Assembly (NCBI GenBank): GCA_026986575.1
Contig: JALSOH010000006.1
Span: 64,001 to 128,000 of the forward strand
Direction of reading: 5' to 3'
Source of the DNA: Thermoproteota archaeon
Lineage (GTDB): Archaea; Korarchaeota; Korarchaeia; Korarchaeales; Korarchaeaceae
Length of the DNA stretch: 64,000 bases
In this document: piece after piece, positions 36,537 through 45,613 of the stretch
Position numbering within the stretch: position 1 is the stretch's first letter
Layout of the letters: the number at the start of each line of letters is the position of its first letter
Notes under the pieces: generated by a model
Told to the model about the DNA's origin: nothing
The model's input: the letters and a program-made list of their open reading frames with translations, nothing else
Databases searched by the model: none
Translations under genes and position numbers: made by a program

Positions 36537-37197
36537 AGCTCTCTCCCGGTTTCAGAGCTATCACTTCGCAGTCCAAACCCTTCTCCCTGAGCAACTCCTT
36601 CAGTTCCTCTGGCCTGCCCTTGAGGACCGGGAATGTCTCGTAGTGCATAGGAATAACCTTCTTCACTCCTAGGAGCTCGATAGCCTTGGCTGCCTCGAGG
36701 GGTCCCATCACGAAGTGACCGCCTATGGGCAGAAGCGCCAGATCTGGCTTGTAAAGCTCACCTATCAGCTTCATGTCGTAGAAGACTCCCGTGTCGCCAG
36801 CGTGATAGATCCTCTTGCCGTCTAACTCTACCACGACCCCAGTAGGGGCTCCAACGGGACTGCTATGGATGGCGGTCGTCAGGGCGATCTTCACTCCATC
36901 CACCTCGAAGAATCCGCCTATGTTAGCTCCTACGGTCTTCTCAACCCCCTTGTTCCCGGCCTCCATAGCGATCTCGTAGATGCTCACTATCGTCCCTCCA
37001 TGGGATTTCGCCAACTTAACGGCGTCGTCTAGACCGTGATCCCCATGAGCGTGCGTCACTACGTAGATGTCAGCTCCCTTACACTGATCTATTGATATAG
37101 GGGATTGAGGATTGCCCTCTATCCACGGATCTATGAGCACCCTCTTACTGCCCTCCAGCAGGAAGGCCGAGTGCCCCAAGAATGTGACCTTGACCAT
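36526..37197 (-). CDS. UPF0173 metal-dependent hydrolase (MBL fold)
   Basis: FLGHSAF, IDPW, THAHGDH, HSS, YHAGDT, LPIGGHFVMGP, PMHYETFP. Confidence 0.9.
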   Translation of the reverse strand: MVKVTFLGHSAFLLEGSKRVLIDPWIEGNPQSPISIDQCKGADIYVVTHAHGDHGLDDAVKLAKSHGGTIVSIYEIAMEAGNKGVEKTVGANIGGFFEVDGVKIALTTAIHSSPVGAPTGVVVELDGKRIYHAGDTGVFYDMKLIGELYKPDLALLPIGGHFVMGPLEAAKAIELLGVKKVIPMHYETFPVLKGRPEELKELLREKGLDCEVIALKPGESYEL

Positions 37198-37237
37198 CTT
37201 ACCACCCCGCTGGGAGTCCCACGGAAAGAGATAACTC

Positions 37238-37894
37238 TTACTCCCGCCAACCCATCGCGCGCTTCAGCCTCTCTAGGATGCCTCTCCTCCTCTCCCTATT
37301 AGTATCTCTCTCTACCCTCGAGAGGGCTGTGAGGATTTTCGTCCTTATGGAACTCCTCTTCTCAACCCTCAGCATCCCCGCTAGGAAGGCGAAGACGTCG
37401 TCCTTAGACGCGTTCTTTGAGAGGGAAGTTACGAGGGCCTCCCTGACCTTAGGCGATGGATCCTCCCTGAATGTCCTTAGCAGCTCTAAGGGAGCCTCAC
37501 CCTCGTCGAAAAGCTTAGACGCGCACTTGATATATGCCATCCTCACCTCAGGGTTGGGATCCTCGGCCCAGCTCTTCAACAATTCAATGGTCTTCCTGTC
37601 ACATATCTCGCGAAGAACCAGCAGAGTGAGATCCCTTAAGGCTCCATCGATGAGCTGCTCCCTCAGTATATTGAGAAGAGCTTCCTCAGTTAGCTGCTTT
37701 GTAATGTATCCTTCGAGGGCCTCAGCCAATCTGAGCATTTCGGAGACCACGCGCTCGTCACAGACACCTTCCCTCTCACATTCTCTTATAATCTTCAGAA
37801 TAACATCCATCCCATTATCTAAATCTCCGGATAACAAGCGTGAAATTGAATTATACAACACTTGAACGTAATGCTCAAACCTTTCTGAAGCCAT
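37238..37894 (-). CDS. HEAT-repeat-containing protein
   Basis: DPNPEVRMA and DPSPKVREA repeats. Confidence 0.7.
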   Translation of the reverse strand: MASERFEHYVQVLYNSISRLLSGDLDNGMDVILKIIRECEREGVCDERVVSEMLRLAEALEGYITKQLTEEALLNILREQLIDGALRDLTLLVLREICDRKTIELLKSWAEDPNPEVRMAYIKCASKLFDEGEAPLELLRTFREDPSPKVREALVTSLSKNASKDDVFAFLAGMLRVEKRSSIRTKILTALSRVERDTNRERRRGILERLKRAMGWRE

Positions 37895-37956
37895 CTAACC
37901 TAACTGGCGCAAGCGTTTATTATAAGTTGACTCTCACTATCCTGCGGTGATAAAAG

Positions 37957-39699
37957 GTGGTTGTGGAAATACCGGCGCCGCGGTTCATCGAAGTCGATGG
38001 TAGGAAGATTGCAATAGGCGGTCCGCGGCCGAAGCTCAGGGAAGGGGAGAAATTACTCAGACACACATCATCGGTATGTCCCGTTTGCTATAGATTACTG
38101 CCCGCGATCATATTCGAGAGAGATGGGGCCGTCTACATAAGGAAGGAGTGCCCCGAGCACGGAGAGTTCGAGGATCTCTACTGGGGAGATGCTGAGATGT
38201 TCAAGAGGGCCATGGAGTTCGAGGTCCCCGGAAGGGGGATCTATCCCCCCCACACTGAACTCCTCGCCCCATGTCCCTTCTCCTGCGGCATATGCCCAGC
38301 CCACCAGAACACGACGGCCCTAGCGAACCTAGTAGTGACCAACAGGTGTAATCTCGATTGCTGGTACTGCTTCTTCTACGCCGAGAAGGCCGGTTACGTA
38401 TACGAGCCCACCTTGGAGGAGATTGATAGGATGGTAGATCTCCTCATAAAGGAGAAGCCAGCCCATGGGAATGCCATCCAGATAACGGGCGGAGAGCCCA
38501 CCCTGAGGGAGGATCTAGTTGAGATAGTTAAGCTCCTCAGGAGAAAGGGTATCACACACATACAACTCAACACCCAGGGCATCATCTTCGTGGAGAAACC
38601 CGAGCTCATGAGGGAGCTGAGGGAAGCGGGGGTCAATACGATATACATGAGCTTTGATGGGGTCACTCCCGAGGCCAACCCCAAGAACCACTGGGAGATC
38701 CCGTACATACTAGAGGCCGCCAGGAAGGCTGGCATGACGAGTTTAGTGCTCGTTCCCACCGTGATAAAGGGAATAAACGATCACGAGGTAGGTGACATGG
38801 TCAGGTTCGCCGCCTACAATATAGATGTCGTCAGAGGAGTGAACTATCAGCCGGTCTCCCTCACCGGACAGATGCCAAAGGCCGAGAGGGAGAAGTACAG
38901 GATAACTATCCCAGATGTCATAAGGAAGATAGAGGAACAGACAGATGGACAGATATATAGGGAGGCTTGGTATCCGGTTCCGTTCACCGTGGCCGTGAGC
39001 GAGTTCATCGAAGCCGTGACCGGCGAGCCCAAACTCATGATGACCAATCATCCGGCCTGTGGAATGGCTACCTACGTCTTCCCGGTATTCGAGAGGGTCG
39101 ATGGTAAGAAGAGGGTAACCAGATTCATCCCGATAACGGACTTCGTCGATGTAGATGGCTTCTATCAGTTCCTCAAGGAGAAGGCTAGGGAGATCAAGGA
39201 GGAGCGCAAGAATAGGTGGCTCACCCTCCTCAAGGTGGTCGCTAAACTCCCAAGTTTCATTGAGAAGGACAAGCAACCCCCTGGGATAAACCTCATCGGA
39301 ATACTCAGGAAGATAATACTCCAGAGGAGCTATAAGGCGCTAGGGGAGTTTCACTACAAGTCGCTCTTCTTGGGAATGATGCACTTCATGGACCTGTACA
39401 ACTACGATGTCCAGAGGGTGATGAGGTGTGACATACACTACCTCTCTCCTGATGGCAGGGTAATACCCTTCTGCACGTATAACGTGCTCTCCGACCTCTA
39501 CAGGGACAAAATAATCAAGGAGTACTCAATGAGCTTCGAGGAATACGAGCGCAAGTACGGAAAGGGATTGATAGGCGCTGAGAGTAAGTACAGGAGGGAC
39601 ATTCCAAAGCTGGAGAACACTGAGATATACGTAAGGACCTACGAGCCTTTCTTCCACAAGTTCAGAAGGCTCCCCGCCATAGTGAAGAAATCCCAGTGA
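37957..39699 (+). CDS. tes: Tetraether lipid synthase (GDGT-MAS, MJ0619 family radical SAM)
   Basis: CPVC..CPEHG rubredoxin-like site, CPFSCGICPAH, TNRCNLDCWYCF, HPACG, MHFMD.YNYD..R..RC.IHY..PFCTYN. Confidence 0.88.
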   Translation: MVVEIPAPRFIEVDGRKIAIGGPRPKLREGEKLLRHTSSVCPVCYRLLPAIIFERDGAVYIRKECPEHGEFEDLYWGDAEMFKRAMEFEVPGRGIYPPHTELLAPCPFSCGICPAHQNTTALANLVVTNRCNLDCWYCFFYAEKAGYVYEPTLEEIDRMVDLLIKEKPAHGNAIQITGGEPTLREDLVEIVKLLRRKGITHIQLNTQGIIFVEKPELMRELREAGVNTIYMSFDGVTPEANPKNHWEIPYILEAARKAGMTSLVLVPTVIKGINDHEVGDMVRFAAYNIDVVRGVNYQPVSLTGQMPKAEREKYRITIPDVIRKIEEQTDGQIYREAWYPVPFTVAVSEFIEAVTGEPKLMMTNHPACGMATYVFPVFERVDGKKRVTRFIPITDFVDVDGFYQFLKEKAREIKEERKNRWLTLLKVVAKLPSFIEKDKQPPGINLIGILRKIILQRSYKALGEFHYKSLFLGMMHFMDLYNYDVQRVMRCDIHYLSPDGRVIPFCTYNVLSDLYRDKIIKEYSMSFEEYERKYGKGLIGAESKYRRDIPKLENTEIYVRTYEPFFHKFRRLPAIVKKSQ

Positions 39700-39705
39700 G
39701 TCAAA

Positions 39706-40863
39706 TTGTACGACGTGGCTGTGGTGGGTGCTGGCCCTACTGGGGCCGCCCTATCTCATTTCCTGACCTCTAAAGGGCTCAAGGTACTCGTCATAGAGAA
39801 GGATCCACAGCCCGGGATTAGAACCATCTGTGGCGAGTATCTGCCCGATCCAAGTTCACTCAGGTTGGAGGGAGACATCGCCTCAGCTTATTTGGGCTTT
39901 TTCGAACCGTTTATCGTACACAGAATGGAAAGGATAGTGATGGAGATAGGGAGCAGGGAATTCGAGACCAATTATGCGGGATACTCTGTCGATAGGAGGG
40001 AGATGATCATCTCTAGGCTAGAGGAGTCCTTGGCGGAGGGAGCCGTCCTCAAAACTGGGGAGGCGTTCATCACGGCTCGGCCCGTGGATGATGTTTACGA
40101 GGTGAGGACATCCAAGGACAAGTACAGGGCGAGGTACTTGGTGGGGGCGGATGGATTCGATAGCAGAGTTGCCAAGCTGATAAACAGAAGTACAGCACTC
40201 AGGTGCGACGATCTTGCGTTAGCCTTCTCCGCTGAGGTCACGATGGAGGTGAACGAGCCTGACGTGATGAGGTTAGTGATAAGCGAGTCTTTGGCACCGG
40301 GTACTTACGCTTGGGTCATCCCTAGGTCCGAGAGTACTGCAAACGTTGGGATTGGTGTCAGGCTCAATATGATCAACGGGTTTGACCCCAAGAGAGCTCT
40401 CAAGGAGCATCTTGCTAGGCTGAATGTAACGGTCGAACCTGAGCTCAGGGGGAGATACGTCCCGGCCGGGGGCATGCTAGGCAAGGTCCAAGAAGGAGGA
40501 ATTTTCATCGCAGGAGACGCGGCCGGCATGACGATTCCCTCCAACGGCGGGGGGATGCATACGGGCATAATAGCCGCATATCTCCTTGCCAGATCGCTGG
40601 CGGATGACAAACCGGAAAACTACGTGCCCTCCGTCGACAGGATAGTTAAGCCGATGGTGGACACGGGCCTCATCCACAGGAGGGCCGCTGACTTCCTGCT
40701 GAGAACTGGTCTCCTGTGGAGGACTCTGAAGTTTCTGCCCCACTCCTTGGTCGAGGAGGTGATAAGGGTGGAGCGCGGGCCCTATTACCCCCTGCTCAAA
40801 CTCCTTTCCTCGCTCTACGGACGGATAAGGGGCAAAGTCTATAGCTATCCAGCTTGTAGATAG
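39706..40863 (+). CDS. Geranylgeranyl reductase family flavoprotein
   Basis: VVGAGPTG, ICGE, GADG, YAWVIP, NVGIG, GDAAG..PSNGGG. Confidence 0.85.
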   Translation: MYDVAVVGAGPTGAALSHFLTSKGLKVLVIEKDPQPGIRTICGEYLPDPSSLRLEGDIASAYLGFFEPFIVHRMERIVMEIGSREFETNYAGYSVDRREMIISRLEESLAEGAVLKTGEAFITARPVDDVYEVRTSKDKYRARYLVGADGFDSRVAKLINRSTALRCDDLALAFSAEVTMEVNEPDVMRLVISESLAPGTYAWVIPRSESTANVGIGVRLNMINGFDPKRALKEHLARLNVTVEPELRGRYVPAGGMLGKVQEGGIFIAGDAAGMTIPSNGGGMHTGIIAAYLLARSLADDKPENYVPSVDRIVKPMVDTGLIHRRAADFLLRTGLLWRTLKFLPHSLVEEVIRVERGPYYPLLKLLSSLYGRIRGKVYSYPACR

Positions 40864-41896
40864 GATCCTCGCACTCATCACATACCAAGACTACATCGAA
40901 CTCGCTGGAATATACCAGAGAGTCCTCAACCGACGTGATTATCCCTCCTCCTCTCCTCAAGGAAGAGATGAGCCATCTGATCTCGTCCTTTATCTGATAT
41001 GGCGCCCTCTCCTCCGTGAGAGGGCTTAGCAAGGGAGCGATAACCACGAAATCCCTCCTCTCGTAGGTGATTGATTGGAGCAAGGTCATCAGGGAGATCG
41101 CATCCTTGCCAGCGGTCGGTAACCTTGAGACATCTATTATCAGGACCCCTGCCACTTCGGGCAGTGCCTCATGCAGCAAGGATCCATCCTCACCGAACAG
41201 CTGTTGCAGCATAGATCTCCCTGGCTCCGAAATCCTAATGTCATCTAGCAGTGAGACTTCACCTGTCTTCAGGACCTCACTTATAACGGAGGGATCCACT
41301 CCGCTCAAGTAAGAGAGGAGGAGAGATGCCGTCATGTAATAGGATGGCCCGAGACCACCAGCATGACCGAATCTGAGATCTCCTGGCCCAGCGATCTTGA
41401 TCTCGGCGTTTTTCAGCCTATCAGCAGCGTCACCGTTCCAGTCGACCAAGATCACCCTCCTATTCGTGGAGATTATGGAGGCCAGCGATATCGCTAGGGA
41501 ACCTGCTAGACCTACGGATTTGCAGACAGTTAGTACCGACTTGAACGAGAGAGACAACAGGTCCTGCCCACTCTGACGCTCGTCCTCCTCCCTCACCTCA
41601 TCCTTGGAGATAGGCATCGTGGAGATGAAGGTGAGCAGCAACAACAGGGGGAATAACAGCGATCCCAGAGCTAGAGGGATGTAGTACCTCAGATCAACGT
41701 TACCTCTGATCCTAAAACCCAAATAGAAGAGAAAACTCGCTATGGAGATGTTGATCAATCTCTGAGGCATCCTCGCAGGCCAGATCCTAACAATCTCCAC
41801 AGAAAGGAACAGGAATCCGAGTATCAGGAGTAAGAGGGATAGCACGCCTTCAGGTCCCTTGAAGATCCTCTTGAGGAGGGAGAGTAAGGAGATCAC
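40796..41896 (-). CDS. Membrane protein with degenerate HerA/VirB4-like P-loop remnant
   Basis: 3 N-terminal TM helices; VILVDWNGD and VLIIDVSRL resemble HerA/TraD strands; no intact Walker A. Confidence 0.45.
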   Translation of the reverse strand: MISLLSLLKRIFKGPEGVLSLLLLILGFLFLSVEIVRIWPARMPQRLINISIASFLFYLGFRIRGNVDLRYYIPLALGSLLFPLLLLLTFISTMPISKDEVREEDERQSGQDLLSLSFKSVLTVCKSVGLAGSLAISLASIISTNRRVILVDWNGDAADRLKNAEIKIAGPGDLRFGHAGGLGPSYYMTASLLLSYLSGVDPSVISEVLKTGEVSLLDDIRISEPGRSMLQQLFGEDGSLLHEALPEVAGVLIIDVSRLPTAGKDAISLMTLLQSITYERRDFVVIAPLLSPLTEERAPYQIKDEIRWLISSLRRGGGIITSVEDSLVYSSEFDVVLVCDECEDPIYKLDSYRLCPLSVRRARKGV

Positions 41897-43557
41897 GCCC
41901 CCAACTCTCCCCATTCGGATAGGAGTAGCTCTAGGTATCTGAGTTTCTCGAGGAGATGCCTCATCTCAGCCCGGTGAATGACTCTCACTTGCTCCTCCAC
42001 AGACTCAACGCCTAGCAGGAAGCCCTCCACCCCAGCGGACAGAGCCTTGCGTATTAGATCAACTGAAGGAACTTCCTCCTTCAGATCTACCATGAGATGA
42101 TCGAAGCGGGAAGCTATAGAGAGGGATGCACTGAACCCCTCGAGATTCACTGGCAGTACGGCGCCATCGTAGATGTCAGACAGCTCATCAGACATCAGCA
42201 CCAATTCTGCCTTTCCTAGGTAGATCAAGAACTTTGAGCTCGGAGAGGACGCTGCAATGGAAGATAGCTTTTCCTTAGCTTCCTTCGGGTTATCTGCCTC
42301 CACTAACACCTTAACCTCACCCAGATCTCCTACGTTTGAGGGATCCCTTAGAATGACGATGTGGTCGCCTGGTCCTACTCTGCTCAGCTCGTCTACTTCC
42401 ACGATGCTGCCGTCCACTAACCCCCTCGGGAGTTCCACCGGGTACCTGATGTAGATCTTGGATGCAACCAATGCGACTTGGGAGACCTCAACCTCTCTCA
42501 GAGTTACCTTCTCGGGGCGAGTAGGGATCTCTACCTCCTTCACCACCTCTCTTAATTTTTCCTCCTTAATTTCCCTGACTTCTCTCCTCTCCTCCAACCA
42601 ATTCATGATCTTCCTCTCCAACGGCTTAACGGGCGGTCTTTCAGGCTCCTTGTGGGCCTGTATCACGAATAGAACGTCCGTGCCCTCCTGAATTATCCAC
42701 TCCATGAGGGTGGGGGTCCCCAAGATCAGTGAGAGATCGGAGGAGGTTCTAGCTATCTCCTCTATCTCTCCCCCACTCACCGAGGGCTCCATCCATAGAT
42801 GATGGGGGACCTCCACCTCCCGAATGCCCTGAGGGCTGGGTACGAGCTTAATCTTCTTCTCACTCAGCTCGCTCTCTACGACCTCCATGAGGTCCATGCT
42901 GATCCTGAACCTGTCCTTCGGAACTCCATTCATCGATCCCCAAGTCGACTCAACTAGGATTTCATTTCTCCTCCTAGAGGGGCAGCAGATGGCGATCCCA
43001 CTCGATCTCGGAAAGATGACCTTCTGTATCATTATCGCTAGGTCCAGATCCTCTGGATATACGCCGAGATCCATCATCCTAGCTATGGCCTTAAGTGAGA
43101 AGGAGCCGCTTAACACCCTCTGGATGGACCTCACAATCCCCTTTTTCGTTGGCTCATCGTACCACACGCCCATCCTGCCTTTGAGGTCCCCGTCGACGAG
43201 CTCGGATGCGTAGGGAGACGGTCTAGCGACTATCATTTTCTCGACATTACCGGCGATGGAATCCATTATACCATCCAACAGGTCCTCGGGAATCGGTAGA
43301 GAGTTTATCTTGGATCTGATCTCCTTCTCGAGTTCAAAGGCCTTCCCCGGGCTGTCCGAGTCCATCACTATCCTAGAGAGCTTGAAGATGTCATGCCTTA
43401 TCCCGGACCCCGACATCAACTGGGATATCACATCGCTGGGTATGATGACGGTGAAAGGAACCTTAGCACCGGTGGCCTTCACCTTGGATAGGTTCCAAGC
43501 CTTCAATCCTACCTCCATCTCGGTGTGCTTGGGAACATCGTCCAAACCGATTAGCAA
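41893..43557 (-). CDS. PEP synthase (PpsA)-like protein lacking the phospho-His domain
   Basis: VGLKAWNL, AIMIQK..SSGI, STWG, MEW..LFVIQA (ATP-grasp-like), then SKIY and C-terminal AGVEG..AE.R.LLEKLR; TTG start after GGAGGTGA. Confidence 0.7.
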   Translation of the reverse strand: MLIGLDDVPKHTEMEVGLKAWNLSKVKATGAKVPFTVIIPSDVISQLMSGSGIRHDIFKLSRIVMDSDSPGKAFELEKEIRSKINSLPIPEDLLDGIMDSIAGNVEKMIVARPSPYASELVDGDLKGRMGVWYDEPTKKGIVRSIQRVLSGSFSLKAIARMMDLGVYPEDLDLAIMIQKVIFPRSSGIAICCPSRRRNEILVESTWGSMNGVPKDRFRISMDLMEVVESELSEKKIKLVPSPQGIREVEVPHHLWMEPSVSGGEIEEIARTSSDLSLILGTPTLMEWIIQEGTDVLFVIQAHKEPERPPVKPLERKIMNWLEERREVREIKEEKLREVVKEVEIPTRPEKVTLREVEVSQVALVASKIYIRYPVELPRGLVDGSIVEVDELSRVGPGDHIVILRDPSNVGDLGEVKVLVEADNPKEAKEKLSSIAASSPSSKFLIYLGKAELVLMSDELSDIYDGAVLPVNLEGFSASLSIASRFDHLMVDLKEEVPSVDLIRKALSAGVEGFLLGVESVEEQVRVIHRAEMRHLLEKLRYLELLLSEWGELGA

Positions 43558-43561
43558 GACA

Positions 43562-44332
43562 TCACCTCCACCTGAACTCAATACTGTCACCCACATCGAC
43601 CCCTAGGAAGTTGGCGGCGCTGCCCCTAGCTAACGAGAGCTCCAACAGATCAGTGCTCCCCCTAATCATCAGGAGGCCTTTACCCCCGTAATGGGTGGAT
43701 CTCATAGCCCTGGCCCACGAATGCGATGTAATCACTTCGATCTTCTCCGCGCCCACCTTACTCCATCTCACGTTAGTTATCACGTTCCCGAAGCCATCCA
43801 CGTTGAGCACTTCCCCCTTAAGGTATCTGTCTCCCTCCTCCACCTTCCACAGATCCAAAATCTCCATGGATCTCTTCCTAAATCCCAAGTCGTCGGGAGA
43901 CTTGCCGCATGCTAACATCGCGGACACAGGAGCGAAGATATCTCTCCCGTCGAAGGTGCCCGTCCTCCTCTCGGCGAGACCCGTCCCCCTCATGTCTATC
44001 TTGAAGATCTCGTACTCTCCCATTTCTTGAACCACTGGCCAAAAGAGACCGTTATCCGGACCCACAAAGGTGAGAGGACCGGCCTTCACTATTATTGGAT
44101 CCCTAGCAGTTCCCACCCCGGGATCCACGACTCCCAAGACGATGGATCCCCTTTCTATCCAACGATGCGCCTGCCAGAGGACGAATGCCCCATGCTTTAT
44201 GTTGAACTTCCTGACCCCGTGAGATATATCGACTAGATCGACCTTGGGGCACCGGGTGCGGATCACTCCTTTCATTGCCCCTACGTAATAGTCTTCGGTA
44301 CCGAAATCAGTGATGAGGTATATCGAGGTCAT
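43562..44332 (-). CDS. SAM hydroxide adenosyltransferase (DUF62, chlorinase/fluorinase family)
   Basis: ITDFG, DISH, VVDPGVGTAR, GPDNG, TFDGRDIFAP, VDGFGNVITN. Confidence 0.92.
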   Translation of the reverse strand: MTSIYLITDFGTEDYYVGAMKGVIRTRCPKVDLVDISHGVRKFNIKHGAFVLWQAHRWIERGSIVLGVVDPGVGTARDPIIVKAGPLTFVGPDNGLFWPVVQEMGEYEIFKIDMRGTGLAERRTGTFDGRDIFAPVSAMLACGKSPDDLGFRKRSMEILDLWKVEEGDRYLKGEVLNVDGFGNVITNVRWSKVGAEKIEVITSHSWARAMRSTHYGGKGLLMIRGSTDLLELSLARGSAANFLGVDVGDSIEFRWR

Positions 44333-44385
44333 CGATTAGAAGGGATACCATCCTTTTTAATTATGATATGGATTGACGGAGTGCT

Positions 44386-44586
44386 ATGAGCCTAAAGGGT
44401 CTGCTGTTCTGGCTTGCTGGATCTCTAGCGCTCCTCCTATCCCTGTTCACGCTAGTTGCCGATGAGTCTACTCTCTTATTGATATTGAGATGTCTATCAT
44501 TCGTTTTCCTGTTAGGAGTCGGAGTTCTGCTCCTTATAATCGCTAAGAAGTTGCTTACTCTATCCCCACCTCCTCCCGCTGCCTAA
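44386..44586 (+). CDS. Small two-TM membrane protein
   Basis: 66 aa with two hydrophobic segments; upstream TTTTAA promoter-like sequence. Confidence 0.5.
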   Translation: MSLKGLLFWLAGSLALLLSLFTLVADESTLLLILRCLSFVFLLGVGVLLLIIAKKLLTLSPPPPAA

Positions 44587-45139
44587 GCTTGATGCCGTAT
44601 AGTGTCTCGTATATTGGTCCCTGCGGAGTGAGGGTGCTTTTCTTGAACCTCACCTCCTCGACATCTATGAATCCTATATCAACATCCGAGATCCTCCTAA
44701 TTATCTCAGGCAGATCGCCGGAGTAGCCTTTGACCCTAGCGATGGTTAGGTGGGGCTCGAATCCCTTGGTCTCCCTCTTAAAGCCTAACTTGGCTAAGGA
44801 CCTGTCAAGCTCCTTGGCCATCTCGATGAAGACATCTCTTCCCTCATCCACACCTATCCACACGACGTTTGGCCTGCTCACCCTAGGAAAGGCGCCAACT
44901 CCCTTGAGGTGCATGGGAAAGGGGTCAAAGGATCCGAGTACCTCTCTCATGGTGGAAACCACCAGTTCTATCCTCGATTCCTCGACATTACCCAAGAACT
45001 TCAAGGTAAAGTGGAGGTTCTGCCTCTCCACGGGTCTCAGCCTGGCGCTAGAGGAGAGGATCTCCTCCTGAACCCTGACTATCTTGGACACTATCTCGGG
45101 GTCTTCGACATCTATGGCGATGAAGCTGCGTATCCCCAC
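44555..45139 (-). CDS. thpR: RNA 2',3'-cyclic phosphodiesterase (2'-5' RNA ligase family)
   Basis: RSFIAID, HFTLKFLG and HLTIAR 2H motifs, STLTPQGPIY. Confidence 0.93.
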   Translation of the reverse strand: MGIRSFIAIDVEDPEIVSKIVRVQEEILSSSARLRPVERQNLHFTLKFLGNVEESRIELVVSTMREVLGSFDPFPMHLKGVGAFPRVSRPNVVWIGVDEGRDVFIEMAKELDRSLAKLGFKRETKGFEPHLTIARVKGYSGDLPEIIRRISDVDIGFIDVEEVRFKKSTLTPQGPIYETLYGIKLRQREEVGIE

Positions 45140-45152
45140 TATCTTCCCTCCT

Positions 45153-45509
45153 TCACCTTAGCTCAGGAGGAACGCCCTCGTTAGGTATCATGCAAAGGAA
45201 CAGAATTTCATCGTAAGCGAAATATTCGTGAGGAAGATCGGGAGGTACGTATATGGCATTTCCCTCCTTGACTTCGAATTCCTGATCCCCGATCCTTATC
45301 TTCCCCCTTCCCTTCAGTACAAGGATCTCGTGCTCCCACGGGTGGCTGTGCTCAGGTATGTGCCCTCCAGCCTCCACCCTGAATATCCTCATCGAGAAGT
45401 TGGGTGCTCCGTCCTTAGGGGAGAACACCCACTTGATGTAGGTCTTCTCAGCTTGAGGGACCGGTTTGAACGGGATGGAATCGACATCCTTGATCACGGG
45501 CCGGGACAT
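45153..45509 (-). CDS. Cupin domain protein
   Basis: GAPNFSMR, HSHPWEHE, PPDLPHEY, FLCMIP; ATG 45509 about 25 nt below a TTTATA box. Confidence 0.88.
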   Translation of the reverse strand: MSRPVIKDVDSIPFKPVPQAEKTYIKWVFSPKDGAPNFSMRIFRVEAGGHIPEHSHPWEHEILVLKGRGKIRIGDQEFEVKEGNAIYVPPDLPHEYFAYDEILFLCMIPNEGVPPELR

Positions 45510-45541
45510 ATGTCTCAGGGTCAGTGCAACGTATAAAGATG

Positions 45542-45601
45542 GGGGCTCAGTCCTAAAGCGTATAATCACCCCTCATAGATCACCTCCGACATCATCGCCC
45601 C
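45542..45601 (-). ncRNA. Box C/D guide sRNA with both guides complementary to 16S rRNA
   Basis: GGGGC/GCCCC terminal stem; box C ATGATGT, guide CGGAGGTGATCT, D' ATGA, C' GTGATTA, guide TACGCTTTAGGA, box D CTGA. Confidence 0.8.
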
Positions 45602-45613
45602 GTCTAATGGACA

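Noticed and set aside
43562-44332. Fluorinase/chlorinase (halogenase)
   Set aside because: Archaeal DUF62 members are generally SAM hydroxide adenosyltransferases and there is no secondary-metabolite context; note the usual TFHGRD reads TFDGRD here, so activity is unverified
45510-45569. N-terminal extension of the cupin ORF to 45569
   Set aside because: The extension runs through the C/D sRNA and the TATA box; ATG 45509 fits a leaderless start
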